In this document: positions 9,257-18,067 of the stretch, one piece after another
Layout: each line of letters begins with the position of its first letter
Position numbering within the stretch: position 1 is the stretch's first letter
Assembly (NCBI GenBank): GCA_031425655.1
Contig: JANPJS010000251.1
Span: forward strand, 1-27,062
From: Abditibacteriaceae bacterium
GTDB taxonomy: Bacteria; Armatimonadota; Abditibacteriia; Abditibacteriales; Abditibacteriaceae
Length of the DNA stretch: 27,062 bases
Direction: 5' to 3'
Made by a program: the position numbers and the translations under genes
The notes under the pieces: model-generated
Databases searched by the model: none
The model's input: the letters and a program-made list of their open reading frames with translations, nothing else
What the model was told of the DNA's origin: nothing

Positions 9257-10028
9257 GGTCGTGTTTCAGAAGTGATGCTGGTTAGAGTTGAGGGCATGGA
9301 TGTAGAGTTTGAGGACGGCTTTATGCATTTCTGGTGACTTGGAAAAGCAGATGGTTTTGCGCTGCATCCGTTTGGGATGGGTGCGAAAGTTGAGGTTTTT
9401 GCGTTCGATGTTCTGGGTGCCGTCTTTTCCGATGTGGTGTTGGGAGGCGGGCAAAGTTTTTCCGTAACTTTCCCAAGCATCGGTGTAGAAGTGCTGCACC
9501 TGACACGAGGCCAACTTGTCCACAAGTGTTTGGCAGTTGGCATCGGTGCGGCGCCCTAAAACGTAGGCCGGGATATATCCGGTGTGGCGGTTGAGGCCAT
9601 ACCAGAGCCACATTGGCTGCTTTTTGTTTTGCACAAAACTCCATTGCTCGTCCATTTCCAAAGCTAAAATGCGCTCTGGCACGCGCGGCTCAGGAAGACA
9701 AGCGGCGGCGTGGCGTAAGACAGACAAGACCGTCGTGGGACTGATGCACAGAACACGCGAAATATCTTGCACGCCTGAACCATTGAGCGTCATGGGCACA
9801 ATCAAGCGATGATAGAGCGGGCTACAAGCGTTGTAGGTGTAGTCCAAACAAAACAAAAACTGTCGGCCACACGCTTTGCACCGATAGCGTTGTTTACCTT
9901 GACGTGTTGTGCCATTCTTTTTGATGTGGCTCGCGCCACACCTCAGACAGCTTATTTTGGTCTTCACATCCCAAAAAGAGCCTGTCCGAGGTTTCTCGCT
10001 CCCACAGCATCACTTTTGGAACACGACC
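9257..10028 (-). mobile_element. Complete IS1-family insertion sequence, 772 bp, with 24-bp terminal IRs and 8-bp target duplication CATAGTTG
   Basis: IR GGTCGTGTTTCAGAAGTGATGCTG (9257-9280) matches the reverse complement of 10005-10028 at 22/24. CATAGTTG occurs at 9249-9256 and 10029-10036. Confidence 0.95.
9266..9967 (-). CDS. IS1-family transposase (InsA+InsB in a single frame)
   Basis: Zn ribbon CLRC...KNG...GKQRYRCKAC, HTH, and DDE residues in LEMDEQWSFV / FYTDAW / TQNIERKN. GTG start; the stop lies inside the IR. Confidence 0.95.
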   Translation of the reverse strand: MKTKISCLRCGASHIKKNGTTRQGKQRYRCKACGRQFLFCLDYTYNACSPLYHRLIVPMTLNGSGVQDISRVLCISPTTVLSVLRHAAACLPEPRVPERILALEMDEQWSFVQNKKQPMWLWYGLNRHTGYIPAYVLGRRTDANCQTLVDKLASCQVQHFYTDAWESYGKTLPASQHHIGKDGTQNIERKNLNFRTHPKRMQRKTICFSKSPEMHKAVLKLYIHALNSNQHHF

Positions 10029-10114
10029 CATAGTTGGAACAAATAAACTCCACGCCGAAGTTGGTAGGCACGCTGATGCGAAGAGCGGCAATCTAATTTT
10101 GGTTCTGAAAATAT

Positions 10115-10741
10115 TTATTTGATATGCGAGGGAATTGAGCCAGTGGGCACATCAATCGGCTCCAAACCAATCCCGATTTCACTTGAAAAAGAACACATTA
10201 GTTCTCGGTATGCATCTCCAACTTCGGATGGTGTAGAACAATCACTTTCATCTGTGAAACTTCTATCCCATTCTGCATCCCAATTGTTTGGAGAAGCATC
10301 TCTATGCTGCTGTCTGTCTGTTCGCAGCTTTGCATCCTGACCCCAAGCTGCATAAGTCATATAGCAGAGGCTCATGAAGGCATTGTATTTCTCCAGAAAT
10401 TCCCGTTGAAATAAAGGAGCATTTACATAGATTTTCCGATCTAATTCCCGCTTTAGCTTGACAATTTCATCGGGTTTCTTGTCCTTCCAGCAGCCAACAT
10501 ACGTGAAGTAACAGAGGAGATCGTTTAATAAAGGAGCAACATCATCAAAAACAGCAATTCTCTTCTCAATTAGCTTATGGTTCGCCCACTGAGCTTGTTC
10601 AAGTTGTTTTAGACGGTTGTTGATGATGTAACCAACAGTTGCAACTATAAGTGGCGTCAAAACTGAAATAACGACTTTTATGATTTCCAGATTGAACCTA
10701 GCGATTTCCAAACTATTCCAAGGGTCCACGGGTTGGGGCAT
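10115..10741 (-). CDS. Hypothetical protein with one N-terminal TM helix, AT-richer than its neighbours
   Basis: 208-aa ORF, GAAGGT upstream of ATG, hydrophobic IIKVVISVLTPLIVATVGYII. No family recognised. Confidence 0.8.
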   Translation of the reverse strand: MPQPVDPWNSLEIARFNLEIIKVVISVLTPLIVATVGYIINNRLKQLEQAQWANHKLIEKRIAVFDDVAPLLNDLLCYFTYVGCWKDKKPDEIVKLKRELDRKIYVNAPLFQREFLEKYNAFMSLCYMTYAAWGQDAKLRTDRQQHRDASPNNWDAEWDRSFTDESDCSTPSEVGDAYRELMCSFSSEIGIGLEPIDVPTGSIPSHIK

Positions 10742-10816
10742 ATAACAACTACCTTCAAAATCAAATTAACACCCAGCAAATTCTACCATTGCCTACACTA
10801 TCCCGTTAGCCATCTC

Positions 10817-10882
10817 CTACTCATCGTCCCCTTCCGCTCTAACCTCGCCGCCGAACACGCCTACGAATTCGCCTTTCAGTTC
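10817..10882 (-). pseudogene. Orphan second copy of the last 21 codons plus stop of rsmI
   Basis: Translates ELKGEFVGVFGGEVRAEGDDE*, versus RsmI C-terminus ELKGEFVVVVSGESATDEDDE* (11420-11485). Same length, 13/21 aa and about 45/66 nt identical by hand alignment. Confidence 0.85.
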
Positions 10883-10915
10883 AGGCGATGAATAGCCAAA
10901 CCGAACATGAAGAAG

Positions 10916-11416
10916 TCAAGTTTTCAGGCCTTCGTCCTCACCGGCCATCAAGTAGTCTCTGTCCCAGCAAAAGAGGAAACTGCCCGCTGCCTGCCATTCT
11001 TCCAAACGCGCCTTCATTTCATATTCGACGGGTTCGCCCTTACTCCAACTGAGGTCGCGCAGACTTTCGGGCAAAGTTTCGATGCCGACCGATAATTCCT
11101 CGTCGAAGAACCACTGAATCTCAATGACGCCCGGCACGAAGCCGATTTCTTGCTGCCAACGCTCAATTTGCGCGGCTAAACGCGCCTGAAATTCGGCATC
11201 ATTCAAGCGCCAAATGTCGCTGTTTCGCACGCGCGGCGCCGGATACTCCCAATCGCACGTTTCGCGCTCTTGAAAAGCGCCGTCAGCGTCGAAAAAATAA
11301 GCGACAACGCGCGGAGTCAGCAAACCCATGACAACCTGACGATTATCGGCGATTATGCCTGTAAAATAACTGAAGTCGTGCGAACCAACGGCAAAAACGC
11401 GGCTTTCGGCGGACAT
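10916..11416 (-). CDS. Hypothetical acidic/aromatic-rich protein
   Basis: 166-aa ORF starting 3 nt after the rsmI stop (TAAgtcATG). No family recognised. Confidence 0.8.
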   Translation of the reverse strand: MSAESRVFAVGSHDFSYFTGIIADNRQVVMGLLTPRVVAYFFDADGAFQERETCDWEYPAPRVRNSDIWRLNDAEFQARLAAQIERWQQEIGFVPGVIEIQWFFDEELSVGIETLPESLRDLSWSKGEPVEYEMKARLEEWQAAGSFLFCWDRDYLMAGEDEGLKT

Positions 11417-11419
11417 GAC

Positions 11420-12121
11420 TTACTCGTCGTCCTCGTCTGTGGCGCTTTCGCCACTCACCACGACGACGAACTCGCCTTTCAATTCTTTGTCGCGCTTTTT
11501 GCGTTCGGCGAGAAGCGCGTGCACTTCGGAAGCAGGGCCGCGCAGGGTTTCCTCGAACTTTTTGGTGAGTTCGCGGCACACGGCGACGCTTCGTTGCGGC
11601 GCGAATTGCGCCAGAGCTTCAAGCAGCGCGACAGCGCGATAGGGCGATTCGTAAATCACGAGGGTCTCACCGCGCGTGAGGGCCGATTCGATGGCTTTGC
11701 GAAGTTTTCCGGGCTTGCGCGGCAGGAATCCGAGAAAGGAAAAGCGCTGCGCGTCGAAGCCGGAAATGGAAAGCGCGGCGGCAAGCGCGCAGGCGCCGGG
11801 AATCGCAAGAACCGGCACGCCCAGCGCGGCGGCAGCTTGCACCAAGCGCGGGCCGGGGTCGGAAACGCCGGGCGTGCCGGCGTTGGTCACCAAAGCGAAG
11901 GTTTCACCCGCAGCAAGGCGCCTCGCTAAAGCTTCGATTTTAGCGGGCGAGGTGTGCTGATGACAGCTTGTCAGTGCTGTGGAAATTTCGTGGCGCGCCA
12001 GCAGCTTTTGGGTGTGGCGCGTGTCTTCGGCGCAGATTAAATCGGCTTCGCGGAGTGTGGCTAAAAGCCGCAGCGAAACGTCATCCAAATGGCCGATAGG
12101 AGTGGCGCAGACGAATAGCAT
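11420..12121 (-). CDS. rsmI: 16S rRNA (cytidine-1402-2'-O)-methyltransferase
   Basis: MLFVCATPIGHLDDVSLR, AEDTRHT, AGTPGVSDPG, FLGFLPRK, YESPYR, CRELTKKFEE and KGEFVVVV. The true start is ATG 12121; the longer ORF reads through a repeat element. Confidence 0.96.
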   Translation of the reverse strand: MLFVCATPIGHLDDVSLRLLATLREADLICAEDTRHTQKLLARHEISTALTSCHQHTSPAKIEALARRLAAGETFALVTNAGTPGVSDPGPRLVQAAAALGVPVLAIPGACALAAALSISGFDAQRFSFLGFLPRKPGKLRKAIESALTRGETLVIYESPYRAVALLEALAQFAPQRSVAVCRELTKKFEETLRGPASEVHALLAERKKRDKELKGEFVVVVSGESATDEDDE

Positions 12122-12226
12122 AGGGATGAAGGATGAGGGCGGAGGGATGAAAAATCGGCGCTGTGCGCCGGGGAATCCATGCGCCGCAGGCGCGTTTTCA
12201 TCCCTCATCCTTCCGCCTTCATCCCT
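12122..12226. repeat. Fold-back element of A(G/A)GGATG heptamer repeats
   Basis: The left arm AGGGATG-AAGGATG-AGGGCGG-AGGGATG-AAAA compares with the reverse complement of the right arm AGGGATG-AAGGCGG-AAGGATG-AGGGATG-AAAA. Confidence 0.88.
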
Positions 12227-12232
12227 CAGGTC

Positions 12233-12331
12233 TTACCGTCCACGGCGGCGCAGGGCGCGGCTGGCGCGACGACGCTTTTTCATCCAGTGCGTCTTGACTT
12301 TGCGCTTGTGTTTTTTCTTGTCAGAACTCAA
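12233..12331 (-). CDS. 32-aa basic protein, probable ribosomal protein bS22 (AURKAIP1/COX24/mS38-like)
   Basis: TTG start with SD AAAGGAG 7 nt upstream. MSSDKKKHKRKVKTHWMKKRRRASRALRRRGR* has the length and K/R-H pattern of bS22-type proteins. Not in the supplied ORF track. Confidence 0.8.
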   Translation of the reverse strand: MSSDKKKHKRKVKTHWMKKRRRASRALRRRGR

Positions 12332-12399
12332 CGACGTTCTCCTTTCCCAATTCTCTCGGACGGGTTAATTCAAAAATACCCGTCTGTGCGGGCCTTTTC

Positions 12400-12429
12400 A
12401 TTATAGACGACGCGCGCCGTAAGCGTCAA
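12400..12429 (-). promoter_or_regulatory. Sigma70-type promoter for the bS22-like gene and rsmI
   Basis: TTGACG (12429-12424), an 18-nt spacer, then TATAAT (12405-12400). Confidence 0.75.
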
Positions 12430-12445
12430 CGCAAAGACGACAGCG

Positions 12446-13126
12446 TTAATCTTCGACCACGCTTTCCAAACCGGGCGCAACCGTCGCCACAACCGCCGCT
12501 TTTTCGCTTTTGCCCTGCCGTTTTTCCTGCACGAAATGGATAATCATCGGCAGAATCGAAAGGAAAATAATGAGATAAATGACTTTCTCAAAGTTCTCTT
12601 TAACGATGTCTATCGAGCCGAGAAAATAGCCGGCTAAGGTCATCGAAACGATCCAGCCAATGCCGCCGGCGACGTTGTAGATCACGAACTTGCGATATTC
12701 CATGCCGGCCACACCGGCCACCACCGGCGCGAAAGTGCGCACAATCGGCATGAAGCGCGCTAAAACAATGGTTTTAGGGCCGTGTTTATCGTAAAAAGCC
12801 TGCGTTTTGAGCAAATGGTCGCGCTTAAAAAGCCGCGAATTAGGACGCGCAAAAAGCGCCGGCCCGCTTTTGCGTCCGATGAAATAACCCGTCGCATCGC
12901 CGGTGATAGCCGCGATGATTAAAAGGAAAATCAGCAAACCAATATTGAGCGTGCCGGTGCTGGCCGCGACTGCGCCCGCCACGAAAAGCAGCGAATCGCC
13001 CGGCAGGAAAAAACCGATGAGCAGGCCGGTTTCTGCGAAGATAATCGCAAACAAAACTGCGTAGCCGCCCCACGCGATCCAGCGCGCCATCGCTTCCGGG
13101 TCTTTGAGTTGATGTAAAAACTCCAT
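12446..13126 (-). CDS. DedA family (VTT domain) membrane protein
   Basis: IIFAETGLLIGFFLPGDSLLF, GDATGYFIGR and IVLARFMPIVRTFAPVVAG. Confidence 0.95.
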   Translation of the reverse strand: MEFLHQLKDPEAMARWIAWGGYAVLFAIIFAETGLLIGFFLPGDSLLFVAGAVAASTGTLNIGLLIFLLIIAAITGDATGYFIGRKSGPALFARPNSRLFKRDHLLKTQAFYDKHGPKTIVLARFMPIVRTFAPVVAGVAGMEYRKFVIYNVAGGIGWIVSMTLAGYFLGSIDIVKENFEKVIYLIIFLSILPMIIHFVQEKRQGKSEKAAVVATVAPGLESVVED

Positions 13127-13213
13127 TAAACTTCCTTCGATAAAAGTCGCGCCGCATCAAACGCAGGCGCCCAAGAAAAGGTAACGTATTTTGCTTGTCG
13201 GTTACAAGTTGCG

Positions 13214-13312
13214 TGCTGGATGCTGGATGCTCGATGGGCAGCGTCATCGCTCTATCATCGAGCATCAGGATATCGAGCATCCAGCATCAAGAATCCAACA
13301 TCCAGCATCGAG
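13214..13312. repeat. Asymmetric fold-back element of CATC(C/G)AG heptamer repeats
   Basis: About 3 units TGCTGGA/TGCTCGA (13214-13236) are inverted against about 8 CATCNAG-like units (13256-13312). Confidence 0.85.
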
Positions 13313-13318
13313 AAAGTC

Positions 13319-14338
13319 ATGGCTAAAACTGCCGAACAATTCGTGCGCGGACGGCGCAGCGCGTGGGAAAGATTAGACGCGCTCGTGAAAAAAGCGCAAA
13401 GCGGCTTGCAATCGCTGACCGACGACGAGTTGCAGGAAATCGGCGCGCTTTATCGCCGTGCCAGCGCCGATTTGGCGCGTGCCCAAACGCGCTACGCGAC
13501 CACCAACGCGGGGCGCGAATTGGTGCTTTCCCTCAACGATTTGGTGCTTCGCGCACACACGCAGGTTTACGCGGCGCCGGCTCCTCAAGCTTCCAACGCG
13601 CGCGATTTCGTGCTTTACGGCTTTCCCGCCACGTTTCGCCGCCAGTGGCGCGCGATTGCTCTCGCGGCGGTTTTCATGTTTTTGCCCGCGTTGCTGGCTT
13701 ATGGCAGCGTCGTGGTCAATTCCGACACGGCATCGTTGTTCGTGCCCGATCACGTTGTGAAAACCGTTCAGGAACGCGCGCAGAAAAAGCTGATAACCGG
13801 CTGGGGTGGCAATACCGATTTCGGCGGCTTAGTCGAATCGCCGGCGATTTCTTCGTTCATCATGATCAATAATATTCGCGTTTCGCTGCTCGCCGTTGCG
13901 CTCGGCATGACGGCGGGAATCGGCACTTTTTTCGTGCTGATGCAAAACGGCCTGATGATTGGCGCTTTAGCGGGCGCGGCGACGAATTTCAAAGCGGATT
14001 TGCTGTTTTGGGCCGTGATTCTGCCGCACGGCATTTTGGAACTCACGGCGATTTGCATCGCGGGCGGCGCGGGCTTGGTTTTGGCCCGCGCCATTTACGC
14101 GCCGGGCGATTTGCCGCGCCGCGATGCTCTGAAAATTGCCGGGGGCGAAGCCGCGCGTTTGCTGGCAGGCGTGGCGATGATGTTGGTTATCGCCGGGCTA
14201 ATCGAGGGCTTTATTACGCCGCAGCCGCTTGTTCCTCTGCTCAAATTGGCGTTTTCGTTACTTACCGGCGTGCTTTTGGTATCGTATTTGAATAACAAGC
14301 CGCGCCATTCCCTGATATTATCAACGCTCACAAAATGA
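13319..14338 (+). CDS. Stage II sporulation protein M-like (SpoIIM/DUF95) membrane protein
   Basis: W.RL...[47 protein letters not shown] and [13 protein letters not shown] at 13319. Confidence 0.9.
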   Translation: MAKTAEQFVRGRRSAWERLDALVKKAQSGLQSLTDDELQEIGALYRRASADLARAQTRYATTNAGRELVLSLNDLVLRAHTQVYAAPAPQASNARDFVLYGFPATFRRQWRAIALAAVFMFLPALLAYGSVVVNSDTASLFVPDHVVKTVQERAQKKLITGWGGNTDFGGLVESPAISSFIMINNIRVSLLAVALGMTAGIGTFFVLMQNGLMIGALAGAATNFKADLLFWAVILPHGILELTAICIAGGAGLVLARAIYAPGDLPRRDALKIAGGEAARLLAGVAMMLVIAGLIEGFITPQPLVPLLKLAFSLLTGVLLVSYLNNKPRHSLILSTLTK

Positions 14339-16302
14339 ACGAAGCGCACGAAAACCTCGCCCATCAATTGTCCCCCGCAAAACCGCCGGTCAGCCCGCTC
14401 ACGCGCTGGATGATGGCCGGACACACTCCAAAACCCGCCGGGCCACATGAAGCCGAGCATCAGCATCCCAGCCATCCGTGGTGGAAAGTGATGTGTCTGA
14501 CCGGCGTGGATTACTTTTCCACGCTGGGCTATCAGCCGGGCATCGCAGCGCTGGCGGCAGGCGCGGTTTCGCCCATCGCCACGCTGATTTTGGTTCTGCT
14601 TACGCTTTTTGGCGCGTTGCCGATGTATCGTCGCGTAGCTGAAGCCAGTCCGCACGGCGACGGCTCGATTTCGATGCTGAGCAATCTGCTTGCGGGCTGG
14701 AAAGGCAAGCTGTTCGTGCTGTGTTTAATCGGCTTCGTGGCGACGGGCTTCATCATTACCATCACGCTGTCCGCCGCCGACGCCACCGCGCACTTATTAG
14801 AAAACCCCTTTGCCCCGCATTGGCTCCACGGTCATGAGGTGGGCGTGACGATTTTTCTGATCTCTCTATTGGGCGCCGTCTTTTTGAAAGGTTTCAACGA
14901 GGCTATCGGCATCGCGGTTTTCGTGGTTATCGCCTACATCAGTCTCAACTTAGTCGTGCTCGGCTCGGCGCTGGACAAGTTAATTCACCATCCTGAATTT
15001 CTTCAAAACTGGAAAACGACTTTATCTGGCGAATTCAGCGGGTTAGGAGCGATGCTTCTGCGCTCACTGGCGGTTTTTCCGGCGTTGGCGCTGGGACTTT
15101 CGGGCTTTGAAACCGGCGTCGTCGTGATGCCGCTGGTAAAAGGTGAGCCGGGCGACGATCCCGAAAAACCGCAGGGCCGCATTCGCAACACTTCTAAATT
15201 GCTGACGACGGCTGCGCTGATGATGAGCGTGCTTCTCATTGCCAGCAGCATCGTCACCACCATGCTGATTCCCGCCGGGGAGTTTAAGCCCGGCGGCGAA
15301 GCCAACGGACGCGCTTTGGCGTATCTGGCGCACGATTTACGCGGTGACGGCTTCGGCACGGTTTACGACGTGGTCACCATTGCGATTCTCTGGTTTGCCG
15401 GCGCCTCGGCATTAGCCGGACTTTTGAATATCGTGCCGCGCTACCTGCCGCGCTACGGCATGGCGCCCGAATGGACGCGCGCCAATCGCCCGTTAGTGCT
15501 GATTTTCACGGCGATTTGCTTTTTGGTCACAGTGCTTTTTAAAGCCGATGTCGAAGATCAGGCCGGAGCTTACGCGACAGGTGTTTTGGCGTTGATGACT
15601 TCGGCCACCGTCGCCGTCACCATCGCAGCCAAGCGCAACGGACAACGGGGCGCATTCATCGGTTTTGGATTTGTGACTTTGGTTTTTATTTACACCACGG
15701 TCGTCACGATTGCCAAACAGCCCGAAGGCATTAAGATCGCCGGATTTTTCATCGGCGCGATTGTTGTGGTTTCGTTTCTCTCGCGCATTTCGCGCACGAC
15801 CGAATTGCGCGTCGAGCGTGTGGAATTGGACGAAGCGGCCCAAAGTTTCGTCGAAGCGGTCGGGCAGCGCGGCGTGCGCGTTATCGCCAACAAACGGCAG
15901 GCCGGCGATGCCCGCGAATACGCCGTAAAAGAAGACAAGCAGCGCGAAGACAGCCACATTCCCGCTTCGTATCCGATTCTCTTTTTGGAAGTCGAAGTCA
16001 CCGATGCGTCGGAGTTTTCCAGCGTTTTGCAGGTCAAAGGCGTCGAAGTAGACGGCTATCGCGTGCTGCGCGCCCAGAGTTCCACGGTTCCCAACGCCAT
16101 CGCCGCGCTGATGCTGCACCTGCGCGACATGACAGGCAAGCGTTCGCACGCTTATTTCAACTGGAGCGAAGGCAATCCCGTGGTTTTCATGCTGCGCTAC
16201 CTGCTTTTCGGCGAAGGCGACACCGCGCCCGTGACACGCGAAGTGCTTCGCAAAGCCGAGCCTGACACCGAACGCCGCCCCATGATCCACGTTGATGGTT
16301 GA
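14335..16302 (+). CDS. APC-superfamily amino acid transporter-like membrane protein with a cytoplasmic C-terminal domain
   Basis: About 12 TM segments, with [21 protein letters not shown] and [14 protein letters not shown] overlap with the preceding gene. Confidence 0.88.
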   Translation: MNEAHENLAHQLSPAKPPVSPLTRWMMAGHTPKPAGPHEAEHQHPSHPWWKVMCLTGVDYFSTLGYQPGIAALAAGAVSPIATLILVLLTLFGALPMYRRVAEASPHGDGSISMLSNLLAGWKGKLFVLCLIGFVATGFIITITLSAADATAHLLENPFAPHWLHGHEVGVTIFLISLLGAVFLKGFNEAIGIAVFVVIAYISLNLVVLGSALDKLIHHPEFLQNWKTTLSGEFSGLGAMLLRSLAVFPALALGLSGFETGVVVMPLVKGEPGDDPEKPQGRIRNTSKLLTTAALMMSVLLIASSIVTTMLIPAGEFKPGGEANGRALAYLAHDLRGDGFGTVYDVVTIAILWFAGASALAGLLNIVPRYLPRYGMAPEWTRANRPLVLIFTAICFLVTVLFKADVEDQAGAYATGVLALMTSATVAVTIAAKRNGQRGAFIGFGFVTLVFIYTTVVTIAKQPEGIKIAGFFIGAIVVVSFLSRISRTTELRVERVELDEAAQSFVEAVGQRGVRVIANKRQAGDAREYAVKEDKQREDSHIPASYPILFLEVEVTDASEFSSVLQVKGVEVDGYRVLRAQSSTVPNAIAALMLHLRDMTGKRSHAYFNWSEGNPVVFMLRYLLFGEGDTAPVTREVLRKAEPDTERRPMIHVDG

Positions 16303-16308
16303 ATAATT

Positions 16309-16427
16309 TTTAACCGCCAAGACGCCAAGGACGCCAAGAAGATTAGGGACAACGAAAGCCGACTTTTCTCTCCAACCTTCACTAATCAATGTAAATTCTT
16401 GGCGCACTTGGCGTCTTGGCGGTTAAA
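16309..16427. repeat. Fold-back element of 8-9-mer CGCCAAG repeats with TTTAA ends
   Basis: TTTAACCGCCAAGACGCCAAG (16309-16329) is the exact reverse complement of 16407-16427, and pairing continues inward (CGCCAAGAA/TTCTTGGCG). The arm contains the DUF4126 gene stop. Confidence 0.9.
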
Positions 16428-17001
16428 TTGTTCTTTTTCGCCGCGCCAGTTGCACCATTTTCCACAGCGCGAAGGCGAAACCGAGCACGAAAAGCGGCAC
16501 GAGAATCGGCGCCAGCAGCGCGACGAAAATCATCACGAGTGCCGCCATATCTTCAAAGAACGAGAGCACAGGATTGAATAAGCCGAAAGTCCCGACACTG
16601 GACGTGGCGCGTGTGCCGGCTTTGGCGGCGTGAAAGCCAAATGCGGTCGGCGCGCCGATAATCAGGCCCAGCATCGTGGCAAAAGCCGGATCGGAGCCGT
16701 GAAACACGCTCGCCGCCGCCAATGCGCCCGCCGCAGGCCGCGCCACGGTTCCTAAAACGTCCAGCGCGTGATCCACACCCGGCACTTTGTCGCCGATGAT
16801 TTCCGCAAAAGCCGCCACGCCCAAAGTCGCCAGCGCTGCGTCCGAGGCCAGCCATGCGAAACTGCCGTTTAGCTGCACGCCGAACAATTGCATCTTCGCG
16901 GCGAGCGCCAAAACCAGCAGCGGTAAAAACGTGTTCAAACCGCTCGACGCGGCGAGTCCCAGACCGAGAAAACCGATGAGAATGTAAGTTTGAGTGTCCA
17001 T
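16423..17001 (-). CDS. DUF4126 family membrane protein
   Basis: GLGLAASSGLN.FLPLL, EIIGDKVPGVDHALD, RPAAGAL and NPVLSFFED. Start ATG 17001. Confidence 0.88.
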   Translation of the reverse strand: MDTQTYILIGFLGLGLAASSGLNTFLPLLVLALAAKMQLFGVQLNGSFAWLASDAALATLGVAAFAEIIGDKVPGVDHALDVLGTVARPAAGALAAASVFHGSDPAFATMLGLIIGAPTAFGFHAAKAGTRATSSVGTFGLFNPVLSFFEDMAALVMIFVALLAPILVPLFVLGFAFALWKMVQLARRKRTI

Positions 17002-17103
17002 ATTTATGAGGGAACACGATTCAACGTGCCTCAACATCATTTTATCTTCGTTGCTGAAGAGGCGACGGCATTCTGGCGTGGCGACAGAGCGGCGGCTAAA
17101 ATA

Positions 17104-17346
17104 ATGGGCATGGAACGCGACGAACTCGAAGAATTATTCGGCGCCGAATGGGCCGAATGGTATCGCCTGACGCCGCAACAGCGATTCGCCGCTCAAGACC
17201 AAATGTGGGCGATTTACTTGTTGTTGGGAGGTTCACTTGACCCCGAACCCGATTCGCAAAGTCCTTTTTTCGATGCAGACGAATGGCGTGCAAACCTTGC
17301 TGATGGGCGGCCAGGCGTGCGTGTTTTATGGCGCGGCGGAGTTTAG
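17104..17346 (+). CDS. Small hypothetical protein, putative partner/antitoxin of the downstream nucleotidyltransferase
   Basis: ATG 17104/17110 directly after TAAAAT. Sequence EWAEWYRLTPQQRF...GGSLDPEPDSQSPF; overlaps the next ORF by 110 nt. Confidence 0.65.
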   Translation: MGMERDELEELFGAEWAEWYRLTPQQRFAAQDQMWAIYLLLGGSLDPEPDSQSPFFDADEWRANLADGRPGVRVLWRGGV

Positions 17347-17980
17347 CCGTGACATTGATTTCGCCCTGCTGTGCAACGAATTCAACTTGCGACAATTACG
17401 CGCTGCTCTGGACGAATTGCAAGCGAAAAACATTGCCGTCCCACCTTTTGAAGCTGATTATTTGGAGCGCGGTTTCGCCGTGCATTTTCGTTGCTTTCAC
17501 GCAGATTGCTGGCAGTTGCGTTTGGATGTAATGGCGACCATGCGCGGCGTAGCGCCTTTTGAGGAGTTGTGGAATCGCCGCACCGTCATCGCTTTGGAAG
17601 ATAACACGCTCTGTCACTTGATGGGCATCGCTGATTTGGTCAAAGCAAAGAAAACTCAGCGCGACAAAGATTGGCCCATGATCGCGCGCCTAATGGAAGC
17701 ACACTACACAAATTTCATGGACAATCCGACTGCCGCTCAGATTGAATTTTGGCTGCGCGAAGCGCGAACTCCGTCCATTTTGCATCAACTTGCCAAAGAC
17801 CACGCTGAAACAAGGCAAAACTTGCTGGCACAGCGCCCTTTGTTGGCCTTATGGGACGATTTGTCCGCTCTCGAAGTGGCTTTGCGCGAGGAAGAATGGC
17901 GCGAGCGCGAAGCCGACAAAATTTATTGGGCGCCACTCAAACGCGAACTGGAAGCCTTGCGCCGGGCACTCCAGCGCTGA
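17237..17980 (+). CDS. Pol-beta superfamily nucleotidyltransferase (AbiEii/DUF6036-like)
   Basis: LLMGGQACVFYGAAEFSRDIDF (GG...DxD), LRLDVM and DLVKAKKTQRDKDW. TTG start with GGGAGG SD. Confidence 0.8.
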   Translation: MTPNPIRKVLFSMQTNGVQTLLMGGQACVFYGAAEFSRDIDFALLCNEFNLRQLRAALDELQAKNIAVPPFEADYLERGFAVHFRCFHADCWQLRLDVMATMRGVAPFEELWNRRTVIALEDNTLCHLMGIADLVKAKKTQRDKDWPMIARLMEAHYTNFMDNPTAAQIEFWLREARTPSILHQLAKDHAETRQNLLAQRPLLALWDDLSALEVALREEEWREREADKIYWAPLKRELEALRRALQR

Positions 17981-18065
17981 GTAACGGCAGAGACGTGTTC
18001 AACCCGCTCGACGCAGCCAAACCGAGTCCAAGCAGGCCGATCAGAACGTAAGTCTTGGCGTCCAT
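17979..18065 (-). pseudogene. Orphan second copy of the first 29 codons of the DUF4126 gene
   Basis: MDAKTYVLIGLLGLGLAASSGLNTSLPLL versus MDTQTYILIGFLGLGLAASSGLNTFLPLL (17001-16915): 24/29 aa and 64/87 nt identical. Confidence 0.92.
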
Positions 18066-18067
18066 TT

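Noticed and set aside
12122..12208. N-terminal extensions given by the ORF track for RsmI (also SpoIIM 13220-13318 and DUF4126 17002-17040)
   Set aside because: They translate repeat or intergenic DNA (FIPPPSSFIP, ASSIKNPTSSI). Family homology starts at the downstream ATG.
13319..14338. SpoIIM-like gene as evidence of sporulation
   Set aside because: The family is widespread in non-sporulating bacteria, and there are no other spo genes here.
15493..16407. Long antisense ORFs (e.g. 15493-16407, 23208-24101, 8441-9196, 11270-11929)
   Set aside because: They are shadows of well-supported genes in GC-rich DNA and have no recognisable motifs.
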